DNA from: Candidatus Omnitrophota bacterium
Lineage (GTDB): Bacteria > Omnitrophota > Omnitrophia > Omnitrophales > Aquincolibacteriaceae
Length of the DNA stretch: 64,000 bases
Assembly (NCBI GenBank): GCA_023247055.1
Contig: JAHFHF010000007.1
Span: 2,186-66,185 of the forward strand
Direction of reading: 5' to 3'
The notes beneath the pieces were generated by a model. It made no database searches. It was not told the DNA's origin and saw only the letters and a program-made list of their open reading frames with translations. The translations under genes and the position numbers were made by a program. This document shows positions 30,301 through 39,300 of this stretch, piece by piece. Position 1 is the stretch's first letter. Every line of letters begins with the position of its first letter.

Positions 30301-33300
30301 ATTGGTTTGGACCGGGTCCAAAGCTTCCAGGGCGCTTAAAATTTCAGGGGCCTCTAATTTTTCACGAAAATAACGCAGCCCGGCCAGCAAAGCGGCGGCG
30401 GGCTCCTTGGGATAAAGCGCATCCGCATGCAGTGAAACCAGAAGCTGCAGCAGAGCCTGTTGTTTTGGCGTGGAACGGGCTTTTTTCAGCAAATACGGAT
30501 CAACCCAAAAGGTTTTTCCTTTCAGGCTCACCCCCGATAAAAGAGGCTCGGGGCTGATGCGGAATTGAAAGCCGGCGACCGCGAATTTTTCAAGCAGGCT
30601 GCCATCCGTGATCAGCTTGGCGGATAGCGGACGGCCCAGGTTTTCGTTCTGCTCCGGCTCATTTTGAGACGGCCTCGTTTTAGGACGGCCCCGGTGTTTG
30701 GCTTGGGCAGGTTCAGCAGCTTCCTGGCCGAGATATTCGCGAAATTGGCGCAAAACAGCTTCGACATCGCGCTCGCGATGAGTCTGGAAATATTCGAGTT
30801 TCTGGATTAAAGGCGTAAGATATTTGTCTTCCGGCTGCCGGGTTAAAATTTCGCGGGCTTTTTGATGCAGGCTCTGAATCAGTTCATCCGAAGGTTCTTG
30901 GCGCAATAGCGCCAAAAATTCTCTCTTGAGACGGAGCAAAGCCTGATCCGCGGGTGTTTTTTGCTTTGGCCGCAAGACTCTGTCGGCCAACGGAATTTTC
31001 GTCTCCGACCAGGTCTTCAGAACATCGGAAACACGAACTCTCGGGCCGGTCATTTCCGCAGCCGGTGCCACAGGTTTCCGGCGCGCAAGCTGGTTCGTGG
31101 CCCGGAAATCCCGCTGGATTTCAAGCCCGTCGGGATCAAGTTTTTTCATATCTTGCAGCGAAAAGACCTTATGCTTTTTCTTGCGCGCCAAAAGAAAAGT
31201 CGCGTTTTCTACCATCTGCCGGGTCAAAGCATCCAGTTCGGGAATTTCCCCTAGCGAAACTTTGTCATTTAAAATTTCGAAATCAAATGTTTCACTGAGA
31301 AATTTCTTGGCCTTGTCCGTAAAAACGCCGTTATGGTCCCAAAGCAAAAGCAAGCCGCCTTCCGTCACCGATTGGGCAGCCTGAACCAAGGCCCAGTTTT
31401 TCATGCTCACGCCATGCTTGTTTCGGATTCTTCCGGGCGGTTTGGCAATTTCAGAGGACGAAACAAAGTCAAAATGATTTTGCGGCAGCGCATCCTGATA
31501 CAAATCGTAATCACTTTGGCCGGCTGGCTGTTGCGGAAAATGCTGCTCAAGCTGCCAGGCCCGGCCCAAACCGCGGGCCTGAGCGGAACTGTCGACTTCA
31601 AAGTAGCTGAAATTGCGGACGGGAATCTTTTGGCGTGCGAAAAGCGCTTCCATCTGCGCCAAAACACGCAGATCCACCGAAGGGCCGGAAGCTAAAAAGG
31701 CCCAGCGCGGCGCCGGCGCGCCCTGCGCAGTCCGGTTTAAATCGATCGTCCCCTTTTCGTGCAAATGTAAAAGATGGCCATAAAGCGCTTCGGTCGCGGG
31801 TGTTGCTGCCACATCGTTAATCGCGGAAGCGTAAAGCGCCATGCCCTGGTCCCACAAAGCCTGGGCTTGGTCATTTTTGCCTTCATACAACCGGCTGTAA
31901 ACTTGCGCAAGCCAATGACGCACTTCCTGAGCAATGGTTTTACGTTTGGCGCGGCGCTTTTCGCGATCCTCAAGCTGTTTGATATTGCGGCGCATGTGGT
32001 CCATGCGGAGTTTGCCGCGGATAATCTGATCAAACAGCGATTCTTTGTGTTTTAAAATATCTAAAATGTCATCATCGACCGTATCGGCCACGACAAACGC
32101 ATACACCCGCACTTCTTTATCCTGGCCAATGCGGTAGACGCGGCCGATGGCCTGGTCCAGCTTGGCATTGGTGTAGGGCAGGTCCGTCAGTAAAACATGG
32201 TTGGCCTTGAGCGTATGCCCTTCGCCGCTCAGATCAATCGTGCTGAGAAAAACTTTTTGATCGAGGTCCTTGTTAAACCGGGCAATCACTCCTTCGCGAA
32301 GTTTGGGATCTTTATGCGTCTTACTGTCCAGATAAGCGACGGCCTCCGCCCCCATTTCTTTGGCCAGCATGTCTTTCAGGCGCTGAACCACCTTGCGGTA
32401 ACGGCTAAAAATCACAGCCCTTTCTCCGGAAGCGGCAATGGCCTTTATTTTTTCAATTACCGCGCGGTACTTGGCCGGCGAATCATGCCGCACCGGTTCC
32501 GAAGCGCGCAACAGTTCCAGCACAGGCCCACGCAAAAGCTCAAGACTTTCATAATATTCACGTTCATCGCGGCCTGATTTGGATACTAACAAGGACTCAT
32601 CCATTGAGGCCCTGACCCGCTCAAGCAACTCTTCATGGGTCCGGTCCGCGTCAGGCATCAACGGTTTGAGGAGACGCAGATCGATCAACGTTTTGACTTT
32701 TCGCAGCAGTGCTTCAAACTTTTTAGTCTTGGCGGTTCGGAGATCTTTTTCAGAGACCGCCAAAAGCTCCAGATCAATCAGAATTTGTTTCTGCTTTTCA
32801 AAATGCGCAAACGTCTCCATCTGCCTTTGATTGCCGAGCGCGTATTGATGATCTTCTTCTTCCAAAACAGCCTTCTGGGCTGGGTCGATTGTCACAGGAA
32901 TTATTTCAAGCGGGTGTTTTTTGGGAAGGTATCCCATGACTTGCGTAATGGTGCGGCGCAGAAAATATTTCTGATTGAGTTCAATATTGAGCTGCGCCAG
33001 ATGCAGCGGATCTTCGGTCACTTCCGCGCTAAAGCTGTCAAAATCCGGAAAGCGGGCGGGGTCTGCGGCATTCAACGCCACAAACAAATCGCCCACGCCA
33101 TTGACCACCGTCGTGCCCGAAAGATAAATCGCCGCCGCCTTATCTTTTTTAAGCCGGATAAACTGCTTGGATCTTTGGGTCTCGGGATTGCGCAGCCAGT
33201 GGATTTCATCGCCGATGATAAAATCCGGCGCCCAGGTATTGAGGGCATCCACCAAGGCTCCGCCGGTCTTGGCCGCGCCCAGGGCCTGGTAGCTCATGAG

Positions 33301-36300
33301 AATAAAACGCACACCTTCGTTTTGGACCTGTTTTAATTTTGCGAGGCGGCCGCTGCTGGGTCCGTCAATCACAGCCACTTTTTGATCTTGCCCGAGCCAC
33401 TTCGTAATTTCATTCTGCCAATTGGCCAAAAGATGATTCGGCGCCATGATCAAAACTTGTTTGGCGCCCGCATCCTGCGCTGCGATCAGCGCCTGAATCG
33501 TTTTACCCACGCCCATATCGTCGGCCAGAATGACACGGCCCGCATTTTCATGCCTGGCGAAATAAACTCCGGCGATCTGATGCAGCATCAATTCCGACGG
33601 ACTGATCGGGCCGCCGTTTCCGTTGCCATTGGTGTAATGCACATACTGCTGATAATTTTTCTGCTGCAGCGCCGCATAATAATTTTTAATCTGCTGATAA
33701 ATGGCCTGTAACTCTGCCGCCGCACCGGGGGGAGCCGTCTTAAACCAGGCTGCCGCTATTTGAAGGGCCTTTTGTGCTGTGGTTTTTTCAGGATCTTTGG
33801 GCAGCTTGAGCGCCGCCTCCAGCAGGGCATTGTAAATGCGCGTGATGATTTGGCGTTTGATCACTTCCCGGATCTCCTGCTGCACTTCGCTTGAAAATGA
33901 AGCTGCGGCAGGAGTATGCCAATATTGGCTAAGGGCCTTTTGCATTTTTTCGCCCATCAGTGTTTCGTGGCTAAAGGGCTGGATGTGATTATTGCTTTCG
34001 TAATCGAGAAACTTTTCGCTGATTAGGGCCAGCAGCGATTTCACCGGAAAATCCGGGTGCCGTTTCGCAAAAAGATAAAAGAGCGCGGCCTGGCCCTGAT
34101 CGGTATTGAAAAGATGCATCCAGGAATCCATGTCCATCTCTTCGGCGATTTGATTAAAAGACTGCCGCTGGCCGGCATTGATATGTTTCTCTAAATCGAG
34201 GCGCTGAGCGGCTTCTTCCTGGCCTTTGTAGGCAATTTTGTTTTTACTGAGTAAAAATTCGAGCGTCGAAACCGCAGAACCCTGCTTCTGACGCAGTTCG
34301 TCGTAATAACGATAAAGCGTATCAAGCCCGTAAGGCTTGGCCGCTTGGCTTAGCCGCAAGAGCGGCGTTTGCCTGAAAATCCGCTCCGCCTCGGCGCGGT
34401 CCAGCCGCATCCACTGATCGAGTGTCAATCCGGCGGATTGAAGTAAAAGCTGTACCAAAAAGCGGATCTGTGAAGGACTGCGCTTAGCCCAATCCACTTT
34501 TTGCGGATCCGTCAGCCAGGGGTCTGCGGCCCCTGCGGCCTCTTGGTGGCGCATCTCAGAGCGCGCAAATTTCGGAGTTAGAAGTTTGAAGTTGGAGGTT
34601 GGAAGATTCGAGCGGTCGGAAAATTCGGGATGAAATCTATTTTCTTTTTTACTTCCAACTTCCAACGTCCAACTTCCAACTTTTTGGCGCATCTCAGAGC
34701 GCTGCAGGGGCCGGGCCCCTTTTGCTTTTCTCTTGGGGGCGGGCTTGAAAATGATTTCTAATTCCCATCGCTGCAGATCAGGCACACCGGATAAAACGGC
34801 CAGCCGTTCCTGCGCACTCGCCCGGGCGTATTCTTCCTTGAGTAAAAATTCAGCCAGCTTGAGCGCATTCTCACGCGAAATGGTTGGCCGCACTTTATGG
34901 GTCTTGGTTGTCTTCCCTGTAAACCACCAGAAGACTGTCCAGACATTCACGCCGACAGCATCCACGATGGGTCTATAAGAAACAGGCGATTTGCCTCGGC
35001 TGGGATATTTGGCTGCCGCCACACGAGCGGCATTTTGCAGAAAATGTTTCTTAAACTGACGCACCTGTTTGCGCCGCGCCTGGGTCCCCGCACGATCATC
35101 CAGATGACCGCGAATAAACCATTTCCCGGGAACTTTGATTAAAGTCTGACGCTGTGTTTCCGAAAGAACGACTTCGTCATTGCGAGGCTCCCGCTGCTTT
35201 TTGGCGGGCGGCGAAGCAATCTTCAGCCCGGAATTTGCCGCAGTCTTTGCGGCGCCTTGTAAGGCATTTCCCCTTTGGGGCGGCGCGCGGTCTTTGCTAG
35301 CCGTTTTAGGCGATGCCGTTTTTTTCTTTTTCCCCGCCTCATAAGGAAAAAACACTTCAAGCTGTGCCGGCGTTAAATCAGGATTGCCGGCCATCCGCGC
35401 CAAAAGCTTATGACTTGAATCGTGCGGATAAGTACTCTTCAGTAAAAATTCAGAGGCCAACAAGGCATTTTCCCTGGAAATGATCCGTCGCTTGATCCAG
35501 TGCGTGATCATGCCCGCATGCCCGCGCCCTCGCGTTTTTACCAGATGCGGCGAGACATAGTCTGCCAGATTTTGGAGTATGACTTTATTTGTCCTTTTTT
35601 GCAGCAAAAGCATTGTTTCCAAATTATCAAAAAAGCTATCTCGAAGTTTGGCCGTGTCCGAAAATCCTCGGACTTGCCGCAATGTTTTCCACACTTCAAG
35701 CCCTTCAAGCGCCGGCGCTACAGAGCGCATCTCAGACCTAGCCCGAGCATCATCCGAAGCTGGCCTTCGGCGTATTTCGCTTCGCATGGGGTTCACGATT
35801 CGGGCAGTATCGAACACTTTATTTTTTAAATTAAAATTAAATAAATATTGATTTAAAATAAATACTCGGATATTATGTTTTATCCAAATAAAAATACGGG
35901 CGATCGCATGAAGATAGGGACTCTTCGAGATGAAAGACAAGACACGCCGGTATGAAACCGGTAAAATGCTGATTGATTTATCAAAATATTTTGCGACGGC
36001 AATTGCCGCCGGTACTATTGCCAGCGGCCGATTTGATTGGGGAGTCGTCATTACCGGGCTAGTGCTGGCATTTCTAAGCTGGGCTATCGGATTTGTAACC
36101 ATCCCGGAGGATAAGGAGAGCAAATGAGTAATTTTGAAGTCTTTGCCATTGGCTTCGTTGTTTTCGTCTCGATGGTCGGATTGATTGTGGCGATTAATCA
36201 CCGCTTGAGTGAGCGGCAGCGTCCCCATCCGCCCCACGGCACTTAAGCTGGGGATGCGACGAATTTCTGAGCGCTGCGCTTGAAGAATTTGGCCGTAACG

Positions 36301-39300
36301 CATCAGAGCCGCCCGCATCACAGGCTCAGCCGTTGTACGGATAAGCTCGAGATACTCCAGACGCGCTTGAAAAAGCCGCTCCAAAATTTCAATTTTGCTT
36401 TCCTCAGACTGCCGGCCAAATGAACTCCAAAGATTATCCCAATCCCGAAGCCGGTGCTCCACTTGAGCGGGGGCTTGATGAATAACCTCACTGCCGCCCT
36501 CGCCCCATAAAATCATTTCAGGGCGCGAGAGCTCCGAATGTAAAATGATTTCAAAAAACTCTTTTGACAGCACCTCCAATTTCGCAGACAGAAACCGTGC
36601 TTGGCCATCCCGCCGGATATCCTCGAGAAAAAGACCAGCACCTTCAATTTCATGATCCAAACCGCCAAGAAACCACGCCGCGCCCCGCAGGCTTGCCTGC
36701 TGTAAAGTTTCGTCGTCGTTTTCTTTAAAAAAAACATCGGCTCCGAGCGCCCAAAGCCGGCCCCCGCTATTGGACGTATTCAGTTCTGAAAGTACTGTCA
36801 TCGGATCTTGAACCAATTCCGGAAACATCCCGCTCCAAGGCGCGGGCAGATCGAACAGTTGTGAAAATTTTTGATAAAAATTCAACGCCTCCGGCCGCGT
36901 ATGAGGCCAAAATCTTTCCGCCCAGATTTTAGCCCAGCTGCTGAAACCATCCAGATACACGCCGGCCAAATTAACCGGCTCTGAACCCGGCAGCCATTCT
37001 TGTTTCATGCCCGGCCGCGGATCTCGAATAAAAACGCCCGTGGTCTTTAACGCCTCGACTTCATTCGTTTGGCGATAGCGGGCATATACTTCTATCGCCA
37101 ACGCGTTGAAAGGATAAGTCATGAAATCAGAAACGTATTGACCATAGGCCGCATTCAATCGTTCTGCCTGATGATCCCAAACTTCAGAACCTGTGCGATT
37201 GATAAATTCCAAAGCAGAATCAGAAAAAAGCGAGAACTGCCGGAAGTCCTTGGCGTGCGTCAAATCAAGCTGTCTCATTTTGGCCGTCGCTGCTGCGATC
37301 GGCGGTGTATGGAATAAAATTCCAACAAACCAACTTAAAATCTCGTTTATAATGGTCGTTATAGCGTTGTTTATTCTCGGTATTATCTTAGCCGACAAAC
37401 TAGACAACAAAGGACGGTAACTCCATGTTTGGTCTTGTAACCATCTTTCTCCTATTTTCCACGGTCGCTCTATGGATTGCATTGGAGAGGTATTTTTTAA
37501 ATCGCCGAAAGCATTAAGCCTGCTCGGCTGAATTTGCCTCAATTCTGACCGAGCCTCTCCCCCAATCTGATCCCATGTTTCAGTCACAGTAATCAAACGC
37601 ATAAAAAAATCTTCGAGTGCTTGGGGAGTGCGTCCAAAACTTGCCGGCGTGAAAATAAGCTTTTTCGGAGCCGTCGCTTCATGCCAGAGTTGTTGAAGTG
37701 TCATAGCGCTATCATCTGATTTTTTTTCTGCGGCTTGGATGAGATAACTGGCAAGCGGATACTGGGTAAGCAAAAAGTCGTACGCATGGTGAGAATCCCA
37801 CATCCCATCATCCAAATGCGCAATGCGGTTCTTAAATTCTTCAGGTGTCATCTTGTGGCCAAACATTAAAAACGAGTAAAGCCGGATAAACATCTCAAAA
37901 TTCGCAAAAGGCCCATAGTTTTCAGGTTCTGGAATCGCCCGTTCATCAAGCTCCCATTTCAAAGTTTCCATAATACGTTCAGGTGCGGTCTTCTTAGCAA
38001 GTTCCGCATAAAGCATCTGGCTCAAACTCAACGCATGCGCCATTTGTTTTACAAACTTCGGGCTCTGAAAATTCCATGTACGTTCTCCATCTGCAAGTTT
38101 CCACACTGCGGGATTCTGCCCCCGAACCTCCGATCGCCCAACAGCATCCCGATTCTTTGGTTCAACACCCTTGGCTCTTGTCTCAAGCAGCTGTGCTTTG
38201 AGGCTGCCTTGACCAGCCATGGTTCTTAGGCTAGTCTTCGAAAAGGGAGAAATATTCCATGCAAAAAGTTGCCGTAACACTACTACCCAAGCAAGCTGAG
38301 ATTTTGATTGAACAGCTTGTTCAAAATCTGGATTTTGAAGCCAAATACCGTTTGGTCCAGAAACTACAGCGTGAAATGCGCCGCGCCCGCTGGGAACCCC
38401 TGGTTCTGAAAATGCGGCGGCGTTTTGCCTCAAAACCCCTTTCTTCCCGTCAAATCCGGCGGCTCTGTGAACAGGTCCGCCAAGAACGGTTTGAGCGTGC
38501 GGGTCGTCGTTGACACCAACGTTTTTATTGCCGCCCTTCTGCAAGGGAATACTCCCCGAAAAGTCTACGATTTCCCCCCCCCTCACTTCCGAGCGATAAG
38601 ATTCCGCGTTTCCAAGAAGAGATTTGAGTGTTTTGAATTTCCACGGGCCAAGACGCGCCTGATTGATCGTGAGCGTTGCTTCCACATCCAGCCATTCGGG
38701 CGGAATATGCATCAAGAAGCCGGCGTCGTCGCCTTTGAAAAGAACCTGCTGTTTCATTTCAAGCCAGGGAATGTCTTTGAGCGATTGATAATGACTGCGG
38801 ACTTCTTCAGGCAGTTTTGCACCCAGGCCCAGCGAAGGATCAAGCGCCCAGGTTTTCTTTTCGTCTATCGAATCCGATTCGATCAAATGTGTGCTAGGCA
38901 CACGAAAGATCAGAACAATATCATTTTTTTCAGGCCCTCGTTTTTCAACGCTTTCCTGATCCCGGTAAAAAACAGTCCTCCAGGGCAATTGGTAAAGGCC
39001 GTACCAGGCAATCAAATCGATGGTTTTAAGGCCTTTGCTCGAGTCATGTATAACGTGATAGACAAGGCTGTCTCCGGTCTCTGCTGCTTTTTTGTAATTC
39101 GATCCTTCAGCATGGACCTCATAGGCTGTGGTTTTACCACCGCTGCGCACGATCGAAGCCGCGGCCGGAATCGAGCGATATAAATGCAAAGAAGCTTCGG
39201 GAAGCGTGCGTTCCAAGCCGCCGGGCTGCCAATCATGGGTTTTGATGACTCTCAGCTTATCGCCCGTGTTAAATCCATTGGGCAGCTCGTACAGCTCGAG

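Noticed and set aside
23134-33711. Other + strand ORFs inside the giant gene (e.g. 24187-24666, 27124-27615, 32635-33336)
   Set aside because: They lie opposite recognisable domains, mostly in the mirror frame, and lack promoter, RBS or protein-like composition, unlike the four accepted cassettes.
38425-39183. 252-aa + strand ORF as a full PIN toxin
   Set aside because: Only 38497-~38575 is PIN-like; the rest is the mirror frame of the giant ORF beyond the RSEVR junction.
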